From: Mobula hypostoma | Lineage: Eukaryota | Direction: 5' to 3' | Assembly: GCF_963921235.1 (NCBI RefSeq) | Contig: NC_086118.1 | Coordinates: forward strand, 27,096,001 to 27,160,000 | Length of the DNA: 64,000 nucleotides | Part shown: positions 1 through 10,657 of the stretch, piece after piece | Layout of the letters: the number at the start of each line of letters is the position of its first letter | How positions within the stretch are numbered: the first letter of the stretch is position 1 | The notes under the pieces: model-generated | What the model saw: the letters and a program-made list of their open reading frames with translations, nothing else | Database searches by the model: none | What the model was told of the DNA's origin: nothing | Translations under genes and position numbers: made by a program

Positions 1-454
1 GTTTTCTTCAAACAGGCCTGGTTAAAGTCACCAACTACAATTTGAAATGCGTGGGATGAGCTATTTCTTGTTTACAGACAACATCATACAGTTTTGTGAG
101 TACTTACTTATAATCAGCTGCTGGTGGTATGTAAACTGTGGTCAGGATCATGGTTGAGAATTCCCGAGGCAAATAGAATGGTCTACATTTATTCGTTAGT
201 TGTTCTAAGTCAGTTTACATGACCCCAACAATTGTGCACCATTGAGAATTGACTAAAAAGCCACCTCTTTCCTTAACAGAGTTCATGGTTCAACACATCC
301 TGAAAATCGTACAACCTTCCAGTCGTATCACTGCATTAGGTGTATCAAGTTTCAGTGCAACAAACAATGGAGATCTGGCTCATCTGCTTCTGATACAGCA
401 GCCCTGCCCTGAGATTGTCAATCTTACTTTCCAGTGACTGTACATTCGCCAACA

Positions 455-812
455 AGAAATGTAGTCAGCATGGCTTCTTCAAGGGAAAATTTTGCCAGAT
501 AAATCTGTTGAAATTCTTTGAAGAAATAACAAGCAGGCTAGACAAAGAAGAATCAGTTGATGTTGTATATTTGGTTTTTCAAAAGGCATTTGACATTTTG
601 CCACACATGAGGCTGCTTAACAAATTAAGAGCTCATGCGATTACAGGAAAGATACCGGCATGGATAAAGCAGTGGCTGATTGGCAGAAGGAAAAGAGTGG
701 GAATAACGGGAGCCTTTTGTGGTTGGTTGCCAGTGACTAGTGGTGTTCTACAGGGGTCTGTGTTAGGACCACTTCTTTTTGCATTACATGTATATGTCAA
801 TGACTGAGATGA
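455..812 (+). mobile_element. CR1 LINE ORF2 reverse transcriptase fragment
   Basis: ORF 415-807 has CR1 RT motifs QHGF..GK, VDVVYLxFQKAFD and VTSGVLQGSVLGPLLF. Confidence 0.85.
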
Positions 813-1205
813 TGGCCGGAAAAGGGCTAGTAACCTCATGAGGGATCCCACACACCCTGCTCATAGATTGTTTGAGCCACTCCCATCAGGTAACATCAGG
901 TAACAGACTCAAAACAGTTACTTTCCCCAAGCAGTAAGGCCGATCAACACCTCCACCTTTAACCCACCCCTCCACACCCTACCAGCACTGCTTTATCATT
1001 TTCTGTCAGAGCCATTTTATGTACCTAGCATAACTTTACAGACATACATTCAATCTACAGTATGTATGCAAACTACTTTATGTATTTATATTTATTGTGT
1101 TTTCATTTTTATTGTGTTATTTATCTTATTGTGTTTTTTGAGCTGCATTGGATCTGAAGTAACAATTAATTCATTCTCCTTAATCTTGTGTATTGGAAAT
1201 AATCT
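813..1205 (+). mobile_element. Rex/Babar- or L2-like LINE 3' end fragment
   Basis: Reads ..RDPTHPAHRLFEPLPSG.. and ..RLK..YFPQAVR, typical of this LINE C-terminus, followed by an AT-rich 3' UTR. Confidence 0.55.
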
Positions 1206-2999
1206 TAAATCTTGTTAGGAAATATGATCCTGTGTGTAGCCACATTTAATGAAACTTATCTCAATGAGGGATTAATTTCTTGGTAATCATTTTAACAAAC
1301 ATAAATCTAAGTAACTACAAATCCTAAACTACATTGTGCCAATGTGGATTAGATTTTCTCTCTCATATTAGTTAATTCCTCTATTTAACAAATGCATTAA
1401 AAATGTAAATGAGATCATATCAAAATTTATCCATCACGAAAGTTATCCTGGTGAAACCTTTATTAAAATTATAGACAAAGGAGGTATTGATTCATATGGA
1501 AAACATATGAAAGTATTGAACATCTTTCACTACTGGAGGTGGAGGTACTCGTAACCCTGGGATGGGACTGCAGACAGATCAATAACCAGCAGGGAATGAA
1601 ATGAGGAGAGACCCATGCATTAAAATCAATGGTTTTGACAGGTCACATACAACTAACCTTGTAATACACTCTGTCCTATTTACTCACTATGTAAAATTCT
1701 ACACTATTGCTTTCTAAAATATGAAAGAACAATTATTCAAAACATAACCATATTTTGCACTTGTATCAGTCAATACTGACTCACAGTCCTCCACAGACAA
1801 GTTACCTTGACCTACAACACTAAAGCATTCAGTGTCTCAAAAGGTATTTAACCAAAAGGTGTTAGCTGACCTACGGTCACACTTTTGATTAGCTATGTGC
1901 TTACCTTTAAAAAAAAGTACATTGGTTGCTTTTGGTAGCACTCTAATTAATTGATTTTCTGAAAACAAATGCTTATTTCATATTTTGCTTCAGGCGAGCC
2001 GATAAACTGAAGGCCATCGCATTAATTTTTATATTTTTCCCTTTGCACCTTTTTTCTCTAAATCCAAATACTGCTCTCTTTTTATTCCTCCCTTATGTAA
2101 CTAACTTGATTTTAATTTGCCTCATGATTTGTCACTCTGCAGTTTATTTCTTTCTCACTATTTAAGAAGTTAATGCAATTTAATAGATTTTTCTCATGCT
2201 TCCTCTCAACTTTGTCAATTTTTAGTTTGGGGAAAGGTTAGGTGTGGAATGTGGTAGTCCAAAACGACCACTTCCTGATCCATATTATTTATCTATGAAA
2301 TGGATGAAATTATGTCACAGATGCACACCAGGATTGGCTATTTTCTCCCTTCCTTTATACCATAAGACCATAAGATATGGGAGCATAATTTGGCTATTCA
2401 ATCCATTGAGACCAGGTTGTTGGGTGCATTTAAGTCAGACATTGACTGGCCACAGGACCAAAGGTTATGGGGAGATGGCTGTGGAGTGGGGCTGAGGAAG
2501 GGAAAAAAAGGATCAGGCATGATTGAATGGTGAAGCAGACTCAATAGATCAAATGGCCTAATTCTGGTCCCATGTCTTATGGTGTTATGGAGACTGTAAC
2601 GCCATTCCATCATGCTTGAGTTACACCATTGAACTCTAAGTGACAGGGTCATCCTACTGAAGTCTACCAGGAGTTTGGCAGGCCAGAGAGTCATGGAGAC
2701 ATACAGCACAGAATCGAGCATTCTGGCCCACCACGTCCATGTTGTCCATTGTGCTTACCTGCACTAATCCCATTTATCAGTATCTTGATCATCAAGGTAT
2801 GCTATAGAGGCTGCAACTGACTGGGACTTGGTGAGCTGATATATCTCAGGTAATCTGCCTTGTTCAACTTGCCACAAATTTCCGCAGCATGTGTGCCAGG
2901 GATTAGCTGGGTTTCCTTCCCCCTTCTGGTCTCCATGGAGTGCTGTTGGAAAGGACTTCAGCAGTCATGGAACGTTCCCCAGAAAAGTACAGACATCTT

Positions 3000-3570
3000 A
3001 CACACAGTGGCCAATGTATTATGTACACCTGTACACCTGCTCATTAATGCAAAAATCCAACCAGACAATCATGAGGCAGCAACTCATTGCATAAAAGCAT
3101 GCAGACATGGTCAAGAGGTTCAGTTGTTCTGACCAAACATCAGAGTGGGGAAGAAATGTGATCTAAGTGACTTGGACTGTGGAATGATTGCTGGTTCCAC
3201 ATGGGGTGGGTTGAGTATCTCAGAAACTGCTGATCTTCTGAGAGTTTCACGTACTAGTGTCTTCAACATTTACAGAGACTGATGCAAAAACAACAAAAAA
3301 AAAATCTAGTATACAGCAGTTCTGTGGGTGAAAATGTCTTGTTAATCAGAAAGGGCAGAGGAGAATGACCACACTGGTTTAAGCTGACGGGAAGGCAACA
3401 GTAACTCAAATAATCATGCTTTACAACAGTGGTGTGCAGAAGCAATCTCTGAATGCACAACACATTGAACCTTGAAGTAGATAGGCTACAGCAGCAGAAG
3501 ATCACCAAGTTACACTCAGAGGCCATCTTAATAGGTGCAGGAGATACCTAAATAAAATGTCTACTGATTA
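3000..3570 (+). mobile_element. Tc1/mariner-derived non-autonomous element (MITE), copy 1
   Basis: Starts with CAGTGGCCA..TATTA.GTAC after TA, with a degenerate complementary end near 3547-3570. Homologous to 8062-8605 and 37826-38352. Confidence 0.7.
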
Positions 3571-3918
3571 TTTTGTCTTTTTTTTTGATGTTTTGAAGAA
3601 CTGTGTGCCAGTTGTTATTTTCAATCTTAGGCTTGATGGTGGAATTTGTGGAATAAAGATCCTGAACCCATTTAGGCAATAGGAATCTAGGTACGGAAGC
3701 TAGGTTCTCCCCCTCCTGACTCTGCTGTGTAATATGGTCTGGAACAGTGACGTCTAGATCTGCTCATCAATTTCCCTTGCTACACTAATGGAAGCTTTGT
3801 TTTGTGAGTGGGAAAAATAAGACTAAACACAAAATAATCTGCAGATGCTGGGATCAAAGCAACACTCACAACACGCTGGAGGAACTCAGCAGGTCGGGCA
3901 GCATCCGTGGAAACTATG

Positions 3919-3954
3919 AGTCGACGTTTCGGGCCGGAACCCTTCCTCAGGACT
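3919..3954 (-). ncRNA. Minimal type I hammerhead ribozyme in Penelope pLTR
   Basis: Minus strand reads AGTC-CTGAGGA-AGGGTTCCGGCCC-GAAACGTC-GACT: stem I AGTC/GACT, CUGANGA and GAAA cores, stem II GGG/CCC, GUC triplet. Confidence 0.8.
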
Positions 3955-4219
3955 GTAGAGGGAAGGGGCAGAGGCCCTATAAAGAAGGTGGGGGGAGGGT
4001 GGGAAGGAGAAGGCTGTTAGGTTCCAGGTGAAAAACCAGTAAGGGGAAAGATATAGGGGTGGGGGATGGGAAGCAGGGAGGGGATAGACAGGAAAGGTGA
4101 AGAAAGAATATGGGAAAACACAATGGGTAGTAGAAGGAGGCGGAACCATGAGGGAGGTGATAGGCAGCTGGTGGAGGGGGCAGAGTGACATAGGGATAGG
4201 GGAAGGGAGGGGGAGGGAA

Positions 4220-6781
4220 TTACCAGAAGTTGGAGAGTTCTATGTTCATACCAAGGGGCTGGAGACTACCTAGACGGTATATGAGGTGTTGCTCCTCTAA
4301 CCTGAGTTTAGCCTCATCATGGCAGTAGAGGAGGCCATGTATAGACATATCTGAATGAGAGTGTGAAGCAGAGTTGAAGTGGGTGGCTACCGGGAGATCC
4401 TGTCTGTTTTGGCGGACGGAGCGGAGGTGCTCGACGAAGCGGTCCCCCAATCTGCGTCGGGTTTCACCGATGTAGAGGAGGCCGCACCAGGAGCACTGAA
4501 TGCAATAGACGACCCCAACAGACTCACAAGTGAAGTGTTGCCTCACCTGGAAGGACTGTTTGGGGCCCTGAATGGTGGCAAGAGAGGAGGTGTAGGGACA
4601 GGTGTAGCACTTGCGCTTACAGGGATAAGTGCCAGGTGGGAGATCCCTGGGGAGGGACGTGTGGACCAGGGAGTCGGGGTGGGACTGAGCCCTGCGGAAG
4701 GCAGAAAGGGGTGGAGAGGGAAAGATGTGCTTAGTGGTGGGGTCCTGTTGAAGGTGGCGGAAGTTGCGGAGGATAATGTGTTGGATCCGGAAGCTAGTGG
4801 GGTGGTAGGTGAGGACAAGGGGAACTCTGTCCCTGTTGTGATGGCGGGAGGATGAGGTGAGAGCCAAAGTGCGGGAAATGGAGGAGATACAGGTGAGGGC
4901 ATCATTGATGACAGCAAAAGGGAAACCACGATCCTTAAAGAAAGAGGACATTTGAGATGTCCTGGAACGGAAAGCCTCATCCTCGGAGCAGATGCGGCAA
5001 AGATGGAGGAACTGGGAATAGGAAATGGCATTTTTGCATGTGGCGGGGTGGGAAGAGGTATAGTTGAGGTAGTTATGAGAGTCAGTGGGCTTGTAGAAGA
5101 TGTCAGTGGACAGTCTGTCTCCAGAGATGGAGACCTAGAGATCGAGAAAGGCGGGAGAAGTGTCCAAGATAGAGTAAGTGAATTTGAGGGCTGGGTGGAA
5201 GTTAGAAGTAAAGTCGATGAAATTGATGAGCTCAGCATGGGTGCAGGAAGCAGCACCAATGTAGTCGTCAATGTACCGAAGGAAAAGTTGGGGAGCAGTA
5301 CCAGAATAGGTTTGGAGCACAGACTGTTCCACATAACCAACGAAGAGGCAGGCACAGCTAGGGCCCATGTGAGTTCCCATAGCTACACCGCTGGTCTGAA
5401 GAAAGTGGGAAGAGCCAAAAGAGAAGTTATTGAGTGTGAGAACCTGTTCCGCCAACCGGAGGAGGGTAGCGGTGGTGGGGAACTGGTGAGGTCTATTATC
5501 CAGAAAGCAGTGGAGGGCTTTGAGGCCTTTTTCATGGGGAATGGAGGTGTATAGGGATTGGACATCCATAGTGAAAATGAAACGGTTGGGACCGGGGAAC
5601 TGGAAGTTATTGAAGAGGTGGATGGCATGGGATGTATCCCAGATGTAGGTGGGGAGAGACTGAACTATGGGTGACAAAATGGAGTCCAGGTAGGCAGATA
5701 CAAGTTCGGTGGGACAGGAGCAGGCAGAAACTATGGATCTGCTGGGACAGTCAGGCTTGTGGATCTTGGGGAGGAGGTAAAACCAAGCGGTACGGGGTGT
5801 GGGAATTATGAGTTTAGTGGCTGAGGATGGAAGGTCTCCGGAGTTGATAAGGGCGGTGATGGTGCGGGAGACAATAGTTTGATGTTTTTTGGTGGGGTCC
5901 TGTTCCAGGGGTAAGTAAGAGGAGCTGTCAGAGAGCTGCCGTTTGGCCTCAGTGAGGTAGGGGTCCGTCCGCCAGACTACTACAGCACCGCCTTTGTCAG
6001 CGGGTTTGATGGTGAGGTTGGGATTAGTGCGGAGAGAGTGGAGGGCAGTGCGTTCAGAGGGAGTGAGGTTGGAACAGGAGAGAGGAGTGGTGAAGTTGAA
6101 ATGGTTGATGTCACGGCGACAGTTGGAGATAAAAAGATCGAGTGCAGGTAGAAGGCCCGGACAGGGTGTCCAGGAGGAGGAGGAGGGTTGAAGACAGGAG
6201 AAGGGGTCATCGGTAGGGGGGAGGGGAATCCTTGCGAAAGAAGTAGGCTCGGAGATGTAGGCGACGGAAGAAGAGTTCAGCGTTATGGCAGGCATGGAAC
6301 TCACTGAGGTGTGGACGGAGGGGGACAAAAGTGAGGCACTTGCTAAGGACAGAACGTTCTGTCTCAGAGAGGGGAAGGTCAGAGGGGATGGTGAAGACAC
6401 GGCAAGGGTTGGGGCTGGGGTCAGAGGAGGGTGAAGAGTGGGAGGTCTCAGGAGGGAGAGGGGGGTTGGGATGTTCAGGGAGAGCGGGGTTAGGGGTGGA
6501 TGAGGGATCAGAGGAATGGAAGGGTGATGGGGGTAGAGGGAAGGTTGGGAGTTATGGGGAGGAAAGAGGGTAGTGGGGGAATCAGACGGGCGGTAGGACC
6601 CAGCAGCAGTAAGAGCGGTCCTGGAATGGAGAAGGTCAGGACCTCCGTCCGAGCTGGATTCGGAGCTGGGGTGGCGGAGCCTGTAGCCTGCAGGGCCCCA
6701 GAGCTGAGGTCGGAGTTGGAGACGAGTGAGTCTATGGCCTGCCGGGGGCTGGTTCCCCTTTTCGGGAGGCTGTGGTTCCAT
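4220..6781 (-). pseudogene. Penelope-like RT/GIY-YIG ORF, disrupted
   Basis: ORFs 5135-6781 and 4220-4951 are in the same frame, separated by one TAG at 5135-5137. Further frameshifts appear upstream of the RT core. Confidence 0.85.
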
Positions 6782-7649
6782 TCGGGGTCAGAGTCAGAGG
6801 CGGATAGGTCTTTGGCCTGCCATAGGCCTGAGGAGTCGAGGTCTGAGGGGTCGGGGTCCGGGCTGGAGCCAGTCGTCGTCGTGGGCTCCAGGCGGGCGAT
6901 CTTGTAGTCCTTCTTGGACGGGAGGAAGGAGAAGAAACAACGGTTGGAGGCGTGAATCCGGTGGAGAATGAAGTGTAGGAGAGGTCCATGGCAGCGAGCA
7001 TGGCAGCCGGAGTGGTGGCAGAGAGGGGGACAGGGCCCGTAGGTATCTCTGCATGGCAGCGAGACTAATGGCTCTGTTAAAATAGGAGATTCATGAGAAA
7101 ATCAGTATACATTAGCAAAAAGCATTTTTTATTTTTGTATTAAATATAAAATATTTCATAGCAGCTTGACCCTCAGTGAACAGTTCATGCTTCTATGATC
7201 TGAAATCTATAACATGGCAACATTTCAGTTTAGATATTTTATGAGCTAGGATAGCCCAGTAATTAGACTATTTGTCAAAAGTATGTCAAGGCAGGACCAC
7301 CTCCTTCCCTTCAGTCAATAACCCAGAACCTGTTTCTCAGGTGTGAATGGGGTTTGACCATTGCAGAAATAACATGTAATATTTACAATGCTTCACACAC
7401 TGAGTGAAATTTAATGGTTCCATCTTTCAGCAATCAGATCACCTATTGCTTTGACTTTGACTAAGGCATATGATACATCTAACTTACTTGCACAGCATGA
7501 GCCGCCCAGCACAGAAATATGCCCTTTCACCCATTGACTCCATGCTGTCCGTCAAGCACCCATTTACAATAATCGGACATTGCTCCCACTTTATTTTCCT
7601 TTCTTCATCAGCATCTTCCTCCCAGGTTCCATCACTCACCTACTCACTA

Positions 7650-7823
7650 GGGGCAGTTGGCAGCCTACCAACATGTACATGGCTGGCAAGTGAAAGGAAA
7701 TTGGCCCACCTGCATTATCACAGACAGACCCTCTAAACTTCACACAGCAGGCACTGGAAATCGAATCTGGGTCGCTGGAGCCGTGGGGCAGCAGCTCCTC
7801 CAGCTGAGGTACTGAGCTGCCCA
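7650..7823 (-). mobile_element. Degenerate tRNA-derived SINE (HE1/V-SINE-like)
   Basis: Minus strand has a GGGCAGC.. head, a B-box-like GATTCGATTTCC, then CTGTGTGAAGTTT core-like sequence. Confidence 0.45.
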
Positions 7824-8061
7824 AAGGTCATTTTGAGAGAGGACCAGCCTGTGGGATTCTTGGAACATTGAACCTTGCCAGGCTGCCCATTGTGATCAAG
7901 ATCCCTCTGCTGGTGTCAAATCAACTGCTTTGCTTTCTGAGGTGTTGCTTTGGAGGCCAGCTCCTTTGCCCTTTCAGTGGTACCCAGTGCTGTTTCCTTT
8001 ATCTTTTTGGCTGCCCCTTTTAATATCGTAGGAGGTATTTCAACTTGCAAATTAGCTAGTA

Positions 8062-8605
8062 CACACACAGTGGCCACTCTGTTAGGTATCTCCTATTCCT
8101 AATAAAGTGATCACTGAGTGTAAGATTGTGACCTTCTACTCCTGTAGTCCATCTGCTTCAAGGTTTGATGTGTTGTGTATGCAGAGATGCTCTACTGCAC
8201 ACCACTGTTGTAACACATGGTTATTTGGGTTACTGTCACCTTCCTGTCAGTCTGGCTATTGTCCTTCAACCTCTCTCAGTAACAAAATGCTTTTGCCCAC
8301 AGAACTTCCACTCAGTGGACGTTGTTTTGTTGTTTGTTTCTGGCACCATTCTCTGTAAACTCTAGAGACTGTTGAGCATCAGAAATCCACGAGACCACCA
8401 ATTTCTGAGATACTCAAACCACCAACAATCATTCCACAGTCAAAGAAGATCACATTTCTTCCCCATTCTGATGTTTGGTATAAACAGCGACTGAATCTCT
8501 TGACTATGACTGCATGCTTTAATGCTTTGAGATGCTGCCAGATGATTGGCTGATTCGATATTTGCATTAATAAGCAAGCACATAATAAAATGGCCACTGA
8601 GTCTG
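8062..8605 (-). mobile_element. Tc1/mariner-derived MITE, copy 2
   Basis: Ends are CAGTGGCCACTCTGTTAGGTA and TAATAAAATGGCCACTGAG. The body is the reverse complement of 3000-3570. Confidence 0.7.
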
Positions 8606-9164
8606 TACTTTGCTGGGGAATGTTCCATGACTGCTGAAGTCCTTTCCAACAGCATTCTACAGAGACCAGAAAGGGGAAGGAAGCTTCCAGTTATTCCCCG
8701 GCACAAACATTGTGGAATCATGTGACAAGCTGAATGAGACAGACTATCTGAGATTATCAGCTCACCAATTCCCAGTAAATTGTAGCCTACAGCTGATCTC
8801 TATGGCATTTTATCCATTGAGTCGCTGCCACATGATTGGCTGATTAGATATCTGCATTAATGAGAAGGTAAAGTAGCTACTGCGGACAACAGAACAACCT
8901 TTTGTTGCTTTTATCTGATTTTGTCTAAATCTGGCAAGACTAAATTCCTGAATTGTATGGCTGAGGACATTACGTGCTCATCTGCTTCATATCAGACACA
9001 TTAACATAATGACTGAATTCAGGGCAGTATCGTGTCTCACCACAAACAAGAAAAGATTTATTTACAGCCCTGGAGCTCCAAACGCACAACGCTTAAATCA
9101 CCCTGTGAAGGTAATTCATGTTAATGTTAACACTTCACTAACGCTGCAGTAATGTGTAAGCTCC

Positions 9165-9602
9165 ACTTGGATTGGAGAGCGTGCCTTATGAAAGTAGGTT
9201 GAGTGAACTTGGCCTTTTCTCCTTGGGCAATGGAGGATGAGAGGTGACCTGATAGTGATATATAAGATGATGAGAGGCATTGATCATGTGGAAAACCAGA
9301 GGCTTTTTCCTAGGGCTGAAATGGCTAACACAAGGGGTGGCGGGATAGTTTTAAGGTGCTTGGAAGTAGGTACAGAGGTAAGTTTTTCCCACAGAGAGTG
9401 ATGGGTGCGTGAAATACACTGCCAGCGACGGTGGTGGAGGTGGATACATTAGGATCTTTTAATATACTCTTAGATAGGTACATGGAGTTTAGAAAAATAG
9501 AGGGCTATGCAGTAGGGAAATTCTAGGCAGTTTCTAGAGTAGGTTATACTGTGGGCTAAAGGGCCTTTAATGTGCTGTAGATTTCCATGTTCTATGTTCT
9601 AT
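9165..9602 (+). mobile_element. CR1 LINE 3' end
   Basis: Reads GLESVPYESRLSELGLFSL..RMRGDLI..YKMMRG, then a 3' UTR ending in (ATGTTCT)n. Confidence 0.8.
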
Positions 9603-9604
9603 GT

Positions 9605-10155
9605 GGTTCAACACACACAATATGGGGAGGTGAGGGCGCCAATAAAGGTAACATTTTGGGCCAAAACCCTTCATCATGTCTGGCAGGGAAGGCCACAGAA
9701 ACCAGAGTGAAAAGATGAAGGGAGAGGAAGGAGTACAAGTTGGCTGGTGATAGCGGAAGCCAGGTGAGGGGGAAGGTAGGTGGAGGGGCATGAGGTAAGG
9801 AGCTGGGAGGGGGTAGGTGGAAGGGTTAAAGGACTGAAGAAGGAGGAATCAAAGAGGAGAGGATAGTGCACCATGGACTAAAGGGAAGGAGGAGGGAAGC
9901 CACAAGATGGTGATAGACAGGTGAGGAGAAGATAAAGGCATGAGTGGGTAATCAGAATGGGGAATGAGGGAAGGGAAAGGAGAAAGTACCAGAAGTTGGT
10001 GAAATCGATATTTATGCTGTCCGCTTGGAGGCTACCCAGACGGAATATGAGTTGTTGTTCCTCCTACAAGAGTTTGGCCTCATCACAGTACTAAAGGAGT
10101 CCATGGACAGAAATATCAAATGTGAATGGGGAGTGTAATTTAAATGAGTAGCCAC
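9605..10155 (-). mobile_element. Old Penelope 3' fragment with decayed hammerhead
   Basis: GIY-YIG C-terminus (EEQQLIFRLGSLQ) at about 9985-10150. Decayed ATGATGA-AGGGTTTTGGCCC-AAAATGTT near 9650-9680. Confidence 0.7.
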
Positions 10156-10462
10156 CCCTGTCATTTCCTATAAGATTCTTTCTTATGTGGCTAGCCTGTG
10201 TTGGCTTCTCACTGGAACTGGACAAAGACTACAAGTGGTATTACTTTATTGATTTTTCATCAGTTTCGTGCCTCATGTTACTTTCTTTGTTTTCCCTGAA
10301 TCAGACCAGGTTAAATTAGTTCAGCCAAACACTGGTTCAGGTTATTTCAGGTCACCGGTGGTTCTTTTGACAAGCCTTCCATTTCTACCGAACCAAATAA
10401 AAAGCTTCATATTTGGAAGTGATCTCAAATTTAGCAATTATTCATAGGGATTATTATTATAC

Positions 10463-10657
10463 TGTAGCGATGTGCTACACACAGCGCTAGAATAACCACA
10501 CGGAGTTGGTGAGTTGGAGTTGCGATGAAAGAGGTTTATTCAAACTTCGCGGCCCGCTTTAAAGCCTTCCCGTTCCTGCCCTTTTTGCTGCCCGCCCTCT
10601 GCCTGCGCGCGCTGTTTCGTGAGCCGGTTCGTGGGTGTCAGAAAGTGGGTCGCCACA
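10463..10657 (-). repeat. 3' LTR of Gypsy element
   Basis: Identical to 14463-14657 except at 2 positions, both C>T at CpG. AATAAA is present on the minus strand. Confidence 0.97.

Larger units (their letters stand above)
3826..7075 (-). mobile_element. Penelope-like element (Neptune type), 5'-truncated: RT, GIY-YIG endonuclease and 3' pseudo-LTR
   Basis: RT motifs KPADKGG, LPKIHK, MDVQSLYTSIP, GVAMG and RYIDD. Cys linker PCKRKCYTC and VVYCIQC..CGLLYIGET GIY-YIG. Pyrimidine-rich pLTR with a hammerhead. Confidence 0.93.

Noticed and set aside
4379..6971. Long plus-strand ORFs within the Penelope element
   Set aside because: Antisense shadow frames of a C-rich ORF with no recognisable domains.
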